The notes beneath the pieces were generated by a model, which was not told where the DNA came from, did no database searches, and was given only the letters and a program-made list of their open reading frames with translations. A DNA stretch of 64,000 nt from Spirochaetaceae bacterium (GTDB lineage Bacteria; Spirochaetota; Spirochaetia; CADAEX01): the NCBI GenBank assembly GCA_009780675.1, contig WQZP01000003.1, positions 27,427-91,426 of the forward strand, given 5' to 3'. Position numbers and translations under genes: made by a program. Below, piece by piece: positions 18,972 through 30,072 of this stretch. Numbering within the stretch: position 1 is the first letter of the stretch; each line of letters opens with the position of its first letter.

Positions 18972-21971
18972 TTACGCTTGGACGTATTTTACTTCTGCAA
19001 TAATAGAACTTAAAGAAAAAGTTGCGATATCTGGAGCAGCCACAAAATAGGCTTGTTTTTCTTTAAATCTTATTGGGGCAAGTAAAAAACTTTTGATTTT
19101 TTTACTATCATTTGAAGAGAATTTATCTTTAAGTTCTTCTATTCTATCAATATCGGTTTTAAGAAATAAAATTTTTCTTTCATTAAGCAATTCTTTGGCA
19201 ATAAGTGAATCATTTTTTATCTTAAGTAATCCAGGATGATCTTTATTAAAAAGACCTACTGATACATCAGGGTAATATCCTTCATCATCTTGTGTCAAAA
19301 TAACAGCAAATCTTGAGTCCATCTTTCTTGTTAATTTAAATAAAAGTTTTACAACTTCAATAGGGTCAGCTTCGTTAATATTATAGGAAATATCGCTATA
19401 AAAGCCATAATCTTCATCAATTTTTATTTTAATATCTTTTTCATCATGACCAGAAACATCTTCTGCGCCTGAAAAAACAGGCAAATCTATTGCATCATCA
19501 AAAAAGAGATCTGAAATAGACGCTTCTTCGTGTTTTTCGGGATCTTCACCTTCTTCCAAATCATCAGCAGTGTTATATAATCCTTCATTAATTTTAAAAA
19601 CCCCATTTTTTTCTATTATAGGAGACTTTTCCTTTTCTTCTGCTTCTTTCAGTTTTGCAATAACTTCTTTTATTGTCCATATTTCCAGAAGACCCTGTTG
19701 TTTTAATACTTCAATATTTTTTGAAAAAGGTGATGATTTACTATTACCAAGATCAGAAGCTGGTATTTCTTCCGCTGAAGTTTCCTGGTCAGAAGTTACT
19801 TCCTTTTTTGCTTTGCCATAAAAGGAATCAGGCATATAGTTCGGTCTATATACACCAACAATATCATTTTTTATATATTCTACAATTTTTACTTTATCAT
19901 CTTTATCTAGGTCTGCTTCTTCAAGAAATTCAAGCTCTTCAAATTCATGATCTATAATGAGTGGTTTAAAATCTTCTATTGTTTCAAGAGTTTCAATTTC
20001 TTGTGGAGGAGGAGTATATTTTTTAGATTTCTTTTCATATGCATCAGCAGCTTTAGCATCTGCCTCATCTTCCAGTTCAGATACTACATCAATATCTTCA
20101 AGATCTACTGCTTCTTCATGGTCTTCTTCCAGTTCCTCGATCAATTCAAAAACATCTGTTTTACTCTCTTCACTTTGAACACCATTTTTTAATTCTTCTT
20201 TAAATGATGAAACTTTTTCAAGGTCTACTTCATCTTCGCCATCACTAACAGGAATAATATTACTTTCAATTTCGGTAATAGCAGTTTGGATTTCATTTTC
20301 GTTTATAATTTCTTCACCATAATCTTTATAAACAGACCCAAGTTCTTCAAATTTTTTATCTTCATCTATAAGCGTTGTTTCTGGCGATTCACTCTCTATT
20401 AATTCATCTATTTCTTCTGGAACTGCTTCCTCTTCCACTTCGTCAAGCGCTTCTACTTCTTCGGGAATTGCTTCAGCTTCAAATTCCTCCACTTCATCAA
20501 GCGCTTCTACTTCGTCAAGTGCTTCTACTTCTTCGGGAACTGCTTCAGCTTCAAGTTCCTCCACTTCATCAAGTTCCTCTACTTCATCAAGTGCTTCCAC
20601 TTCATCGAGGTCTTCAACATCTTCAACCTCAACAGGCTTCATTTTGTTGCTTACAGGCTGAACAACAGGTGCTGATTCCATATTTGGTTTTGAAGTAGCG
20701 CCAGGGAATTTGTTTTTGATAATATCTTCGTTTGCAATAATTTTCCTGATTATTTCTTCAATATTGCTATTTTTATTATCAGCGCCTTTGTCGAGATGCC
20801 CTGCAAGAAGACTTATTATCTCATCCCAGCTTTTATCAATAAGATTATTTACAGTCTCATCTTTTTCGCCTTTTAATCCTGCTATACCTTGCTTAAATTT
20901 TTTACGCACCTCTTCCTTGCGGTTCTCAAGTTCTTTTTTCCATACTCTCCATTCTACTTCACTTTTATTTTCAAGATATTCAATAAGAAAATTTACCTGA
21001 AACCGCTTTACCCTTTCAGCAATAACAACAACCTGATCCTGCTTAATATTCATCAATAAAAAAGAAAATATGAATATAATTGAAAATGCTGAAAAAAGAA
21101 GGATATATCTATAAACAGCGTTTATTCTAATAAGAGAATCAGAAATAACATATCCCAGAAAGCCTTCTCGCCATCTTTGCGTAATAACAGAAAAACTGTT
21201 TCCATCAGCATCAACGTAAAGGGTATAGGGATTTATTATTTGAGTAGTTGTCCAGTAAGCTTTTAGCTCATCAAGAACAGAAGCGCTAGTATCAAATATA
21301 TTAAAGACAATATTACTATGATCCAGGTATTTCATAACCACAGGTCTTTCAATAATATTTCTTTGGACAAGAAAATTTCTTAAGTCATTTGTTGTAAGAT
21401 AGACTAAAATTGCGCCTCTTCTTATTCCTGTAGCGCTGTAAACAGAAGATACAAACAGATTAGAATTTTCTTCTGAATCAAAAAAAATGGTTGGTTCATT
21501 ACCTGCGCGTCTTATAATACTTATAAATTTTTCAATTGCTTGCGCATCCGGTGTTCTATAAGAAACTCTTGTAGGATCCAATGATTGTATATCCGCAGGA
21601 CTGCTGCTGTAATGAACTCTCCCCTCATCATCAATGACTCTAATAAAATAAATATCTATATGCTGTTCAATTAAAGAACTTATTATATTTTCTCTACTAA
21701 GAATATCTTCTCTGCTTTGATTTATAAGAAAACTGTTTCTTATGGCTGGGTCATTTGAAATGGCAGTAAATATTTCAATGCGATTATTTTCATATTCTTC
21801 TATAGCAGTATCAACACTAGCTATTCTGGTTTCTATTTCGGCAACTATTTTCCTGTTATAGAATTTAGACTCTATAAAATGGAAAAGAGTAGAGTAAGAT
21901 ATAATGGTAAAAGCTGTAAACAAGATTAGTGTAATAATCAAGCTTATTGCAGCTTTTTTAATAATTGCCAT
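18972..21971 (-). CDS. 999-aa two-TM protein with extracytoplasmic sensor-like domain and long poly-acidic tandem-repeat cytoplasmic region; function unknown
   Basis: TM1 lies at about residues 10-30, followed by a ~270-aa extracytoplasmic domain, TM2 (YILLFSAFSIIFIFSFLLM), and a D/E-rich region containing (EVEALDEVEELD...) repeats. The DNA shows ~60-nt tandem repeats at 20437-20630. The ATG was verified. Confidence 0.6.
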   Translation of the reverse strand: MAIIKKAAISLIITLILFTAFTIISYSTLFHFIESKFYNRKIVAEIETRIASVDTAIEEYENNRIEIFTAISNDPAIRNSFLINQSREDILSRENIISSLIEQHIDIYFIRVIDDEGRVHYSSSPADIQSLDPTRVSYRTPDAQAIEKFISIIRRAGNEPTIFFDSEENSNLFVSSVYSATGIRRGAILVYLTTNDLRNFLVQRNIIERPVVMKYLDHSNIVFNIFDTSASVLDELKAYWTTTQIINPYTLYVDADGNSFSVITQRWREGFLGYVISDSLIRINAVYRYILLFSAFSIIFIFSFLLMNIKQDQVVVIAERVKRFQVNFLIEYLENKSEVEWRVWKKELENRKEEVRKKFKQGIAGLKGEKDETVNNLIDKSWDEIISLLAGHLDKGADNKNSNIEEIIRKIIANEDIIKNKFPGATSKPNMESAPVVQPVSNKMKPVEVEDVEDLDEVEALDEVEELDEVEELEAEAVPEEVEALDEVEALDEVEEFEAEAIPEEVEALDEVEEEAVPEEIDELIESESPETTLIDEDKKFEELGSVYKDYGEEIINENEIQTAITEIESNIIPVSDGEDEVDLEKVSSFKEELKNGVQSEESKTDVFELIEELEEDHEEAVDLEDIDVVSELEDEADAKAADAYEKKSKKYTPPPQEIETLETIEDFKPLIIDHEFEELEFLEEADLDKDDKVKIVEYIKNDIVGVYRPNYMPDSFYGKAKKEVTSDQETSAEEIPASDLGNSKSSPFSKNIEVLKQQGLLEIWTIKEVIAKLKEAEEKEKSPIIEKNGVFKINEGLYNTADDLEEGEDPEKHEEASISDLFFDDAIDLPVFSGAEDVSGHDEKDIKIKIDEDYGFYSDISYNINEADPIEVVKLLFKLTRKMDSRFAVILTQDDEGYYPDVSVGLFNKDHPGLLKIKNDSLIAKELLNERKILFLKTDIDRIEELKDKFSSNDSKKIKSFLLAPIRFKEKQAYFVAAPDIATFSLSSIIAEVKYVQA

Positions 21972-22046
21972 TTTGAGTGATTACTTATCTCCTTCAAAAC
22001 AAAATACAATTCTATCTATTATATATCTATATATCGGCAAATCAGA

Positions 22047-22075
22047 ATAAAAAAAAGAGAGGTAAATACCTCTCT
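22047..22075 (-). terminator. rho-independent terminator downstream of rplQ
   Basis: Stem agagaggt/acctctct with loop aaat (22056-22075). On the minus strand it is followed by a run of 8 T (the A-run at 22048-22055). Confidence 0.6.
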
Positions 22076-22123
22076 TTATATTATATAAGAAAATATAAAA
22101 TTTCTCAATAAATAAAAATTACA

Positions 22124-22579
22124 TCAGCTATTGGCAGATTCAACTTTTTCTTTTGTTTCCTTATTTTCTTTTACTTCTTTGCTCTCTTTTGCGTCTTTTT
22201 TCTTGCCTTTGACTTCTTTTTCTTTTCTTACTACCAACTCAAGAAAAACTACTTCTGCTGCATCACCAAGTCTTCTACCAAGCTTTAAAATTCGGGTATA
22301 ACCACCGTTTCTTTTGCTAAATCTGGGTGCTATATCTGTGAAAAGCTTTATAATAACAGCTTTATCATTGATATCTTTTGCAATAATTCTTCTATTATGA
22401 ACAGAATCAATTTTTGCTCTTGTAATCATTTTCTCTGCTTTTTTTCGAACCTCAAGAGCTTTTGCTTTTGTTGTCTTAATTCTTTCATATTTAAATATAG
22501 AGGTAACCATATTTCTTGTCATAGCTTTTCTATGATTACTTTTCCTACTTAGTCTGTTAAAACCAATTTTATGCTTCAT
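22124..22579 (-). CDS. rplQ: 50S ribosomal protein L17 (with Lys/Glu-rich C-terminal tail)
   Basis: [29 protein letters not shown]...; last gene of the alpha operon. Confidence 0.9.
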   Translation of the reverse strand: MKHKIGFNRLSRKSNHRKAMTRNMVTSIFKYERIKTTKAKALEVRKKAEKMITRAKIDSVHNRRIIAKDINDKAVIIKLFTDIAPRFSKRNGGYTRILKLGRRLGDAAEVVFLELVVRKEKEVKGKKKDAKESKEVKENKETKEKVESANS

Positions 22580-23624
22580 TTTCGTCTTCCTTTTGGCTAT
22601 TTGGAGTTGCTTTAAACCTTAACGAGCTGTAATCAACCATACCAAGCTCAAGATTCCATTCCTTAAGTTTTTCTTTTATCTCCTGCAGAGATTTTTTTCC
22701 AAAGTTTCTGGTTTTTGCAATATCATCTTCTGTTCTTGAAGTAAGTTCTCCAATAGTTCTGATATTAGCATTCTTAAGGCAATTACTTGATCTGACAGAA
22801 AGTTCAAGTTCGTCTACCGGCGTTTCAAGAATTTTTCTTATTCTTTCCTCTTCCTCATCAATATCATCTTCTCCGCTAACCATATCTTCATCAAAATTTA
22901 TAAAGATTGTAAAATGATCTTTTGCTATTTTTGCTGCTTCTGCAATTGCATCTTCTGGAGTTATTGTACCATCTGTCCAAACTTCAAGAATAAGTTTATC
23001 ATAATCATTTCTATAGCCAACTCTTGTATTTTCAATTGAGTATTTTACACGGCTTATGGGAGAAAATACCGCATCAATTGGAATTGTCCCAATAATATCA
23101 ATATACTTCTCATTTGTTTCAGCAGGTATATACCCTCTTCCAAGATCAATCTGAACTTCAATATCAACATTTGCATCTTTCATTAATGTAGCAATTTTAA
23201 AATCGCTATTTAAAACAGTTATCTGCGAATCTACCTGAAAATCTTTAGCAAAAATTTCCCCGTCTTTTTTGTTTTCAAGCAATATTATTTTTTGTTCAAG
23301 GTCATCTTCAAGCTTGATCTTAAGTTGCTTTAAATTATTAATAATTTCAGGAGTATCTTCCACAACCCCTGGTATTGATTCAAATTCACTTGATATGAAA
23401 CGTGGATTCCCATCAATATCATAACTTGTAAATTTTACAGCTGTTATTGCATAACCCTGTAGTGATGAAAGGAGAATCCTCCGCAAAGTATTTCCAATAG
23501 TTGTACCAAAGCCTCTTTCAAATGGATAAGCAACAAACTTTCCATATTTTTTGGAACTTTCACTTTGCTCAAATGAAATACCTTTAGGCCTTTTAAATCC
23601 TTTCAAAAGATTTTTTCTTGCCAT
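22569..23624 (-). CDS. rpoA: DNA-directed RNA polymerase subunit alpha
   Basis: 351 aa; has an NTD and a CTD (…[17 protein letters not shown]…); lies between rpsD and rplQ. Confidence 0.93.
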   Translation of the reverse strand: MARKNLLKGFKRPKGISFEQSESSKKYGKFVAYPFERGFGTTIGNTLRRILLSSLQGYAITAVKFTSYDIDGNPRFISSEFESIPGVVEDTPEIINNLKQLKIKLEDDLEQKIILLENKKDGEIFAKDFQVDSQITVLNSDFKIATLMKDANVDIEVQIDLGRGYIPAETNEKYIDIIGTIPIDAVFSPISRVKYSIENTRVGYRNDYDKLILEVWTDGTITPEDAIAEAAKIAKDHFTIFINFDEDMVSGEDDIDEEEERIRKILETPVDELELSVRSSNCLKNANIRTIGELTSRTEDDIAKTRNFGKKSLQEIKEKLKEWNLELGMVDYSSLRFKATPNSQKEDENEA

Positions 23625-23627
23625 TTA

Positions 23628-24263
23628 TTACCTCGAATATAACTCGACTATTAACTGCTCATTGATCTCCGAAAGATCTGTAACCTCGCTTCTTAATGGG
23701 ACAGCTCTTAATACACCTTTCATTTCATCAGGATTAACCTCAAGCCATGGTGATACACCAGAGCGTGTAAATTCCTTAAGGCTTTCTTTAACCATAACCA
23801 TTTTTTTGCTTTTTTCTTTTACTTCAATAACATCGTTCTGTTTTAAAAGATATGATGGAATATCTACCTTTTTCCCATTTACCAATATATGCCCATGGTT
23901 CACAAGCTGTCTTGCCTGATCCCGGGAAGTAGCGAACCTCATTCTAAAAACAACATTATCAAGTCTTGATTCAAGCAGTCTTATAAGGTTTTCACCTGTT
24001 TTCCCTTTTCTTCTTGCTGCTTCAACAAAAGTAAGGTGAAACTGCTTTTCAAGCATACCATATATTCTTTTAAGTTTCTGTTTTTCTCTAAGCTGTAGCC
24101 CGTAGTCAGACATTTTTCCAACTCTTGATTTTGCAGACTTACCAGGCATATTTTTTTTCTTTGTAATTGCGCACTTTGGAGAATTACACCTATCTCCTTT
24201 TAGAAGAAGTTTTTTCTTTTCTATTCTGCACAATCTGCATTTTGGTCCTATATATCTTGCCAT
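23628..24263 (-). CDS. rpsD: 30S ribosomal protein S4
   Basis: MARYIGPKCRLCR...C..C zinc ribbon plus an S4 domain. Confidence 0.93.
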   Translation of the reverse strand: MARYIGPKCRLCRIEKKKLLLKGDRCNSPKCAITKKKNMPGKSAKSRVGKMSDYGLQLREKQKLKRIYGMLEKQFHLTFVEAARRKGKTGENLIRLLESRLDNVVFRMRFATSRDQARQLVNHGHILVNGKKVDIPSYLLKQNDVIEVKEKSKKMVMVKESLKEFTRSGVSPWLEVNPDEMKGVLRAVPLRSEVTDLSEINEQLIVELYSR

Positions 24264-24276
24264 CTAATCCTCGTTA

Positions 24277-24657
24277 TTAAACTCTTCTTGTTTTCTTTGG
24301 CCTGCACCCATTATGAGGGATAGGAGTAACATCCTTAATACTCATAACCTTTACTCCAAGAACCCCTATAGATCTTATAGCAGATTCTCTTCCTACTCCG
24401 GGCCCTTTAACATAAACATTTACTTCCCGAAGTCCAATATCCATTGCTTTTTTTATAGCAGTTTCTGCTGTTGTCTGAGCAGCGTATGGGGTAGATTTCT
24501 TTGCACCTTTAAAAGAAAGACCCCCGGCACTTGCCCATGATATAGCATTTCCGTTTAAATCAGTAATAGTAACTATTGTATTATTAAATGTAGCCTGTAT
24601 ATATACATTACCACTAAATACGCTTTTTTTCTCTTTCTTCTTTTTCAGATTAGCCAA
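24277..24657 (-). CDS. rpsK: 30S ribosomal protein S11
   Basis: 126 aa; S11 signature region ...[22 protein letters not shown]... Confidence 0.93.
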   Translation of the reverse strand: MANLKKKKEKKSVFSGNVYIQATFNNTIVTITDLNGNAISWASAGGLSFKGAKKSTPYAAQTTAETAIKKAMDIGLREVNVYVKGPGVGRESAIRSIGVLGVKVMSIKDVTPIPHNGCRPKKTRRV

Positions 24658-24672
24658 TTATAACCTCCAGCC

Positions 24673-25038
24673 TTACTTCTTCTTACCAGCTACAGTCTTC
24701 TTTTTACCTTTTCTGGTTCTTGCGTTTGTTTTTGTACGCTGACCTCTTACAGGCAGCCCTTTTCTATGCCTAAGCCCTCTATAGCTTCCAATATCCATAA
24801 GTCTTTTTATGCTAAGTGAAACTTCAGTTCTTAACCGACCTTCTACTTTAAACTCATTTTCTATTTCTTTTCTTAAGTCATTTATTTCTTCAGCTGACAA
24901 ATCATTGATTTTTTTCTCTGGATTAACTCCGGTTGTCTCACAAATTTTTAATGCTGATGTCCTACCAATACCATAAATATATGTCAGTGCAATTTTTGCA
25001 CTTTTATTTGGCAGGTCTATACCTGCAATTCTTGCCAT
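24673..25038 (-). CDS. rpsM: 30S ribosomal protein S13
   Basis: [25 protein letters not shown]... Confidence 0.93.
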   Translation of the reverse strand: MARIAGIDLPNKSAKIALTYIYGIGRTSALKICETTGVNPEKKINDLSAEEINDLRKEIENEFKVEGRLRTEVSLSIKRLMDIGSYRGLRHRKGLPVRGQRTKTNARTRKGKKKTVAGKKK

Positions 25039-25047
25039 TTAGCCCCC

Positions 25048-25161
25048 CTACCTTTGTCTCTGCTTATGTTTAGGGTTCTGACAGATAATTCGTAAGACCC
25101 CTCTTCTTATTATTATTTTACATTTTTCACACATAGGTTTTATACTAGCTCGTACTTTCAT
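25048..25161 (-). CDS. rpmJ: 50S ribosomal protein L36 (Zn-ribbon form)
   Basis: Manually translated as [37 protein letters not shown] (37 aa). It is not in the ORF track because it is under 60 aa. Confidence 0.85.
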   Translation of the reverse strand: MKVRASIKPMCEKCKIIIRRGVLRIICQNPKHKQRQR

Positions 25162-25174
25162 TGTCTTATAACTC

Positions 25175-26494
25175 CTAAAGATTCCTGGATCTTATTCTAC
25201 CTTTTTTCACAATACCTTCATGATGATGCATCTTTAAATGCCCCTCAATCTGCGCCACAAAATCAAGAGCAACACCTACCATAATCAAGAGAGACGTCCC
25301 CCCCATTAGCATTGATAGCTCTGTTGGAAAACCAAATAAAATCTGAATCACTGTAGGTATTAATGCTATGAGCGCCAGAAAAAGCGCGCCAGGAAGAATG
25401 ATCCTGCTTAATATTCTTGAAAGGTGTGATTCTATATTTTCTGTTCTTATACCTGGTATTGATCCACCATTCTCCCTTATCTGCTTTGTAATCTCTATAG
25501 GGTTTAAAGTAACCTGCGTATAAAAGAATGCAAAAAACACTATTAAAAGTGAAAACACAAGGAGATAGAGAAAACCTGTTGGTCTAAACCAATATGCAAG
25601 CTGCGCCATCCATCTGTACTGCACCCCAAGATTTCCAAAAATCTGAAGCGGGAACACCATAACAGATGATGCAAAAATAACAGGAATTACCCCAGATGGA
25701 TTTATTTTAAAAGGGATATAAGTATTCTGTCCACCATACATTTTTCTGCCAATTACCCTTTTGGCATAGTTTACAGGAATTTTACGCTGCCCCTGCTGCT
25801 CGTATACTACAAGAGCAATAACCCCGACAAACATCGCCAGAACTACTATTACAAACACCACATTGAGCTCTCTTGCCTGCACCATTTGAAAAAGTTGGTA
25901 GAACGCTTGCGGCATTCTCGCAATAATACCCGCAAAGATTATCAGAGAGATACCATTACCAACACCTCTTTGCGTAATCTGCTCTCCCATCCACATGAGC
26001 AGTATTGTTCCTGTTGTTACAGTAATAATCGCAATAATTGAATATGCCCAATAAGACATTGTAATAGCATCAGGAATGCTGCGAGCATATACAGTAACTA
26101 CGTATGACTGCAAAAGACACACAACTACTGTTCCATATCTTGTATATTTCTGTATCTTTTTCTTGCCACCTTCCTGTTCTGAAATCTTTTTCAGTTTTGG
26201 AAAAACAAGAAGAAGAAGCTGCATAATTATGGACATAGATATATATGGCATAATACCAAGCATAAATACAGAAAAATTGGAAAATCCACCGCCTGTAAAA
26301 AAGTCAATATACTCTGTTAAAGCGCCTCCACCAGCCTGCTGCAAAGTTGAAAAATAGAGTTTAAGCGCATTGATATTAATCCCCGGAATAGGAAGAATTG
26401 TTCCAATTCTATATATCATTAAAACAGTAATTGTAAAAATAATTCTATCGCGTAAGTCTCTTATTCTAAAAATATCTATTATCGGGTTTGCCAT
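25175..26494 (-). CDS. secY: preprotein translocase subunit SecY
   Basis: 439 aa, polytopic; lies between rplO and rpmJ. Confidence 0.93.
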   Translation of the reverse strand: MANPIIDIFRIRDLRDRIIFTITVLMIYRIGTILPIPGININALKLYFSTLQQAGGGALTEYIDFFTGGGFSNFSVFMLGIMPYISMSIIMQLLLLVFPKLKKISEQEGGKKKIQKYTRYGTVVVCLLQSYVVTVYARSIPDAITMSYWAYSIIAIITVTTGTILLMWMGEQITQRGVGNGISLIIFAGIIARMPQAFYQLFQMVQARELNVVFVIVVLAMFVGVIALVVYEQQGQRKIPVNYAKRVIGRKMYGGQNTYIPFKINPSGVIPVIFASSVMVFPLQIFGNLGVQYRWMAQLAYWFRPTGFLYLLVFSLLIVFFAFFYTQVTLNPIEITKQIRENGGSIPGIRTENIESHLSRILSRIILPGALFLALIALIPTVIQILFGFPTELSMLMGGTSLLIMVGVALDFVAQIEGHLKMHHHEGIVKKGRIRSRNL

Positions 26495-26500
26495 ATTTAA

Positions 26501-26968
26501 TTACCTATTCTTACTATTTTTATCCATAACAATTATACTACCACCAGCTTTTTCGATCTTTTCCTTTGCACTGGCAGAAATATTTTCAAGGGAAACTTCA
26601 AGTTTCTTTGTAAGCTCTCCATTCCCTAAAAGCTTCACATTCTTGTCGCTTCTTCTTATAAGCGATTTTTCAAGCAATGTTTCCATGCTAACTTTTTCAC
26701 CATTATTATAAACTGATTCTATATCAGCTATATTAAGCACTTTATTTATTTTCTTAAAAGGATAATTTGAAAAGCCTCTGGAAGCAATTCTTCTATATAT
26801 AGGCATCTGGCCGCCTTCAAATCCAGGTCTTACCCCGCCGCCAGATCTTGCGTTCTGCCCTTTATGTCCTTTTCCTGCTGTTTTTCCCAATCCAGAACCA
26901 GTACCTCTTCCAACTCTTTTTCTGGTTTTGTTTGCCCCAACAGGTGCGTTAAGTACAAGTTCACTCAT
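26501..26968 (-). CDS. rplO: 50S ribosomal protein L15
   Basis: ...KRVGRGTGSGLGKTAGKGHKG... Confidence 0.92.
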   Translation of the reverse strand: MSELVLNAPVGANKTRKRVGRGTGSGLGKTAGKGHKGQNARSGGGVRPGFEGGQMPIYRRIASRGFSNYPFKKINKVLNIADIESVYNNGEKVSMETLLEKSLIRRSDKNVKLLGNGELTKKLEVSLENISASAKEKIEKAGGSIIVMDKNSKNR

Positions 26969-26970
26969 AA

Positions 26971-27156
26971 CTATTTTATCTCCTCAACTACAACAAGATG
27001 TTCTATGGCTTTAACCATCCCAAGTATTGCAGGGTTAGATTCCTTTTCTACTGTGGAGTTGATTTTTCCAAGTCCAAGAGCTTTTACTGTTTTTTTCTGA
27101 TAAGGTTTTCTACCTATTGTGCTTCTCACAAGTTTTATTCTTATTTTTCCAGACAT
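26971..27156 (-). CDS. rpmD: 50S ribosomal protein L30
   Basis: ...[29 protein letters not shown]... The track ORF begins with GTG at 27171. ATG codons at 27162 and 27156 are more plausible starts; the second is used here. Confidence 0.85.
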   Translation of the reverse strand: MSGKIRIKLVRSTIGRKPYQKKTVKALGLGKINSTVEKESNPAILGMVKAIEHLVVVEEIK

Positions 27157-27161
27157 TGCCA

Positions 27162-27659
27162 TTATCCCCACATTTCACTTATTGACTTGCCTCTATCAGC
27201 TGATACTTTTTTAGCATCCATTAAGTCATTAAATCCGCTAAAAACTGCTTTAACTATATTTATACTGTTCTTGGAACCAAGTGATTTGCTAAGAATATCA
27301 TTTATACCAACAGCATCCATAACAGCTCTTACAGCTCCACCTGCAATAACTCCAGTACCAGGAGCAGCTGGCTTCATTACAATTTTTGCGCTCTTGAATC
27401 TGGCAATCACTTCATGAGGAATTGTTTTATTTTTAACAGGAACTTTAAACATATTTCTTTTTGCCTTATCCATTCCTTTTCTGATTGCTTCAGAAACATC
27501 ATTAGCCTTGCCAAAACCATATCCTACAGAACCATTTTGATCGCCAACAACAACCAGAGCAGAAAAAGAAAATCTTCTACCACCCTTTACAACTTTAGCA
27601 ACCCTGTTCAGCTTAATTAATTTCTCAACTAATCCTTTATCTTTATCCTGATCCACCAT
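27162..27659 (-). CDS. rpsE: 30S ribosomal protein S5
   Basis: ...[30 protein letters not shown]... Confidence 0.93.
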   Translation of the reverse strand: MVDQDKDKGLVEKLIKLNRVAKVVKGGRRFSFSALVVVGDQNGSVGYGFGKANDVSEAIRKGMDKAKRNMFKVPVKNKTIPHEVIARFKSAKIVMKPAAPGTGVIAGGAVRAVMDAVGINDILSKSLGSKNSINIVKAVFSGFNDLMDAKKVSADRGKSISEMWG

Positions 27660-27665
27660 TTCCCC

Positions 27666-28025
27666 CTAAAATACCAGGCCTGCTTTTCTGATGCCATCTG
27701 CTAAAGCCTTTACCTTTCCGTGAAAAATATAACCATTTCTATCAAAAACTATTTTTTCAATATTTTTTTCTTTAAGTCTTTTTCCCAACTCTTCGCCAAG
27801 TTTTCCAGCGCCCTCAAGATTCGACTTAATACCTGAAAGTTTTTCTTCTTTATTGGAAACCGCAACTATTGTTGTACCAGCTTTATCATCAATAGCCTGC
27901 GCATAAATATATAAATTGCTTTTATACACAGTAAGCCTTGGTCTTTCCTGGGTTCCTGATATTTTTGCGCGAATACCTCTTTTCCTTCTGCCTCTTCTTT
28001 TTTCCATATCAATTAGTCTTTTCAT
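27666..28025 (-). CDS. rplR: 50S ribosomal protein L18
   Basis: ...RPRLTVYKSNLYIYAQAIDD... Confidence 0.92.
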   Translation of the reverse strand: MKRLIDMEKRRGRRKRGIRAKISGTQERPRLTVYKSNLYIYAQAIDDKAGTTIVAVSNKEEKLSGIKSNLEGAGKLGEELGKRLKEKNIEKIVFDRNGYIFHGKVKALADGIRKAGLVF

Positions 28026-28036
28026 ATCATCCTACC

Positions 28037-28576
28037 CTATTTTGCACCTGACTTTCCAACTTTTCTTCTTACAACTTCATTCTCATATTTTATACCTTTA
28101 CCTTTGTACGGCTCTGGTTTTCTGAATGATCTTATTTCAGCGCAAGTCTGTCCTACTCGTTCCTTGTCAATACCGGAAATAGTAAGTCTATTAGGACTTT
28201 CTGCTGTTATTGTAAGTCCATCAAGGATCGGATACTCAAACTGTGTGGAATATCCAATACTAAGAAAAAGAGATTTTCCAACAACTTCAGCTCTGTAGCC
28301 TACCCCGTTTATAACAAGTGTTTTTTTAAAACCCTCTGAAACTCCTTTAACCATATTATTTAAAAGAGTTCTGTAAAGTCCATGATAAGCTCTTGCTTCT
28401 TTTGTATTTTCATTAGCTTTAACATGAATCTGGTTTTCTTCCTGTGAAACAGAAACTTCTGACCTGAAACTTCGTGCAAGCTTCCCTTTTGCTCCCTCAA
28501 CTGTAATGCTATTCCCATCAATAGTTACTTTAACACCTTTTGGGACAGTTATCGGTAATTTACCTATACGAGACAT
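28037..28576 (-). CDS. rplF: 50S ribosomal protein L6
   Basis: MSRIGKLPITVPKGV...; the start is set at the internal Met that matches the canonical L6 N-terminus. Confidence 0.9.
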   Translation of the reverse strand: MSRIGKLPITVPKGVKVTIDGNSITVEGAKGKLARSFRSEVSVSQEENQIHVKANENTKEARAYHGLYRTLLNNMVKGVSEGFKKTLVINGVGYRAEVVGKSLFLSIGYSTQFEYPILDGLTITAESPNRLTISGIDKERVGQTCAEIRSFRKPEPYKGKGIKYENEVVRRKVGKSGAK

Positions 28577-28590
28577 ACTCCAACTCCCCC

Positions 28591-28989
28591 CTACCAAATT
28601 GAACAAATAAGTTCGCCGCCAATTTTTTTCTCAGCTGCTTTCTTACCCGTTGTTACACCTGATGATGTTGAAACAACTACTGTACCATATCCATTTCTAA
28701 CCCTGGGCATCTCTTTGTAGCCTGAATAAATTCTTCTACCAGGAGTGGATATCTTCTCAATACCATGAATAATTGGTTTCTCTGTTTCATCATATTTAAG
28801 AAACAGTCTTATATAATTTTTGCCATCCTGCTGGATCTTTTTAAAGTTCTTTATATAACCTTCATTTTTCATAACTTTAATTATTTCCAGCTTAAGTTTT
28901 GAAGGAATTATATCAACTCTGTCAAAACCTGCACGACTGGCGTTTCTAATTTTTGTCAGCATATCTGCAACAGGATCTGATACTGCCAT
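28591..28989 (-). CDS. rpsH: 30S ribosomal protein S8
   Basis: [17 protein letters not shown]... Confidence 0.93.
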   Translation of the reverse strand: MAVSDPVADMLTKIRNASRAGFDRVDIIPSKLKLEIIKVMKNEGYIKNFKKIQQDGKNYIRLFLKYDETEKPIIHGIEKISTPGRRIYSGYKEMPRVRNGYGTVVVSTSSGVTTGKKAAEKKIGGELICSIW

Positions 28990-28998
28990 TTTCTTCTC

Positions 28999-29184
28999 CT
29001 ACCAGCTTGATTTAGTTACACCAGGAATCAATCCCTGGCTTGCTAGTTTTCTAAAACAAATTCTACACATCTGAAAATCTCTCATATAACCCCTGGGTCT
29101 TCCGCAAACCTTACATCGGCTTACCCTTCTGGTTTTAAATTTAGGCTTCCTCTGTGCTTTAATTATCATTGATTTTTTTGCCAT
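28999..29184 (-). CDS. rpsN: 30S ribosomal protein S14 type Z (zinc-binding, 61 aa)
   Basis: ...[22 protein letters not shown]... Confidence 0.92.
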   Translation of the reverse strand: MAKKSMIIKAQRKPKFKTRRVSRCKVCGRPRGYMRDFQMCRICFRKLASQGLIPGVTKSSW

Positions 29185-29195
29185 CTACTGCACCC

Positions 29196-29744
29196 CTATT
29201 TCCTGAACGGCATTCCGAGCTTTTTAAGCAGACTTCTTGCTTCTTTATCACTATTTGATGTAGTAATAATAGCAATATTTAATCCACTAACTCTTTCTAT
29301 TTTATCATAATCTATCTCTGGAAAAATTATCTGCTCTTTTATACCAATGGAATAATTTCCATGTCCGTCAAAAGCATTGGGGTCAACGCCTCTAAAGTCT
29401 TTTACACGAGGTAACGCCACATTGATAAATCTATCCAAAAATTCCCACATTCTATTTTGACGTAAAGTAACTTTAGCGCCTATTTCATAACCTTCCCTAA
29501 GTTTAAAGTTTGCAATCGACTTTCTTGCTTTTGTTTTAACAGGCTTTTGTCCTGTAATAAGCGCAAGCTCCTGAACTGCTGCCTCAAGAAGTTTCTTATT
29601 TTGTATAGCTTCGCCAACGCCAACACTAACAACTACTTTTTCAACTCTGGGGATCTGCATTACTGACTTATATCCAAATTCACCAACAAATTCTTTTTTT
29701 ACTTCAGCATATTTGGTTTTCAAATTCGGTTCTTTTTTACTCAT
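29196..29744 (-). CDS. rplE: 50S ribosomal protein L5
   Basis: The start is set at [12 protein letters not shown]...; its ATG overlaps the rplX stop by 1 nt. The track ORF extends 9 codons further upstream. Confidence 0.9.
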   Translation of the reverse strand: MSKKEPNLKTKYAEVKKEFVGEFGYKSVMQIPRVEKVVVSVGVGEAIQNKKLLEAAVQELALITGQKPVKTKARKSIANFKLREGYEIGAKVTLRQNRMWEFLDRFINVALPRVKDFRGVDPNAFDGHGNYSIGIKEQIIFPEIDYDKIERVSGLNIAIITTSNSDKEARSLLKKLGMPFRK

Positions 29745-30067
29745 TACAGTACTTCCCCGCATTTTTTGCATTTTCTAATTTTATTATCTCCGGATATTTC
29801 AATACCAATACGTGTAGGACCACATTTTCTGCACATTATCATTACATTTGAAATATCTATTAACGCTTCTATTTCAAGTATGCCACCCTTTTCACCACGT
29901 TTTCTGGGCTTTTTGTGCTTCTTCACCATATTGACACCAGAAACTACAACGCCACCTTTAGTTCTATCAACTCTAACGATTTTCCCTGTTTTACCTTTTT
30001 CTTTTCCTGTAACAACTTTTACAAGATCATCTTTTTTAAGCTTATATTTAACTTTTTCCATATCCAA
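29744..30067 (-). CDS. rplX: 50S ribosomal protein L24, variant with C-terminal Cys4 (CxxC...CxxC) zinc-ribbon-like motif
   Basis: KOW region [15 protein letters not shown]...GVNMVKKH, followed by [29 protein letters not shown]. Confidence 0.9.
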   Translation of the reverse strand: MDMEKVKYKLKKDDLVKVVTGKEKGKTGKIVRVDRTKGGVVVSGVNMVKKHKKPRKRGEKGGILEIEALIDISNVMIMCRKCGPTRIGIEISGDNKIRKCKKCGEVL

Positions 30068-30072
30068 ATCCT

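Noticed and set aside
20375-20698. 107-aa plus-strand ORF (LLLLRELLQLQ...) antisense to the acidic-repeat gene
   Set aside because: It is the antisense reading of the Glu/Leu/Asp codon repeats, which is an artefact of the tandem repeat.
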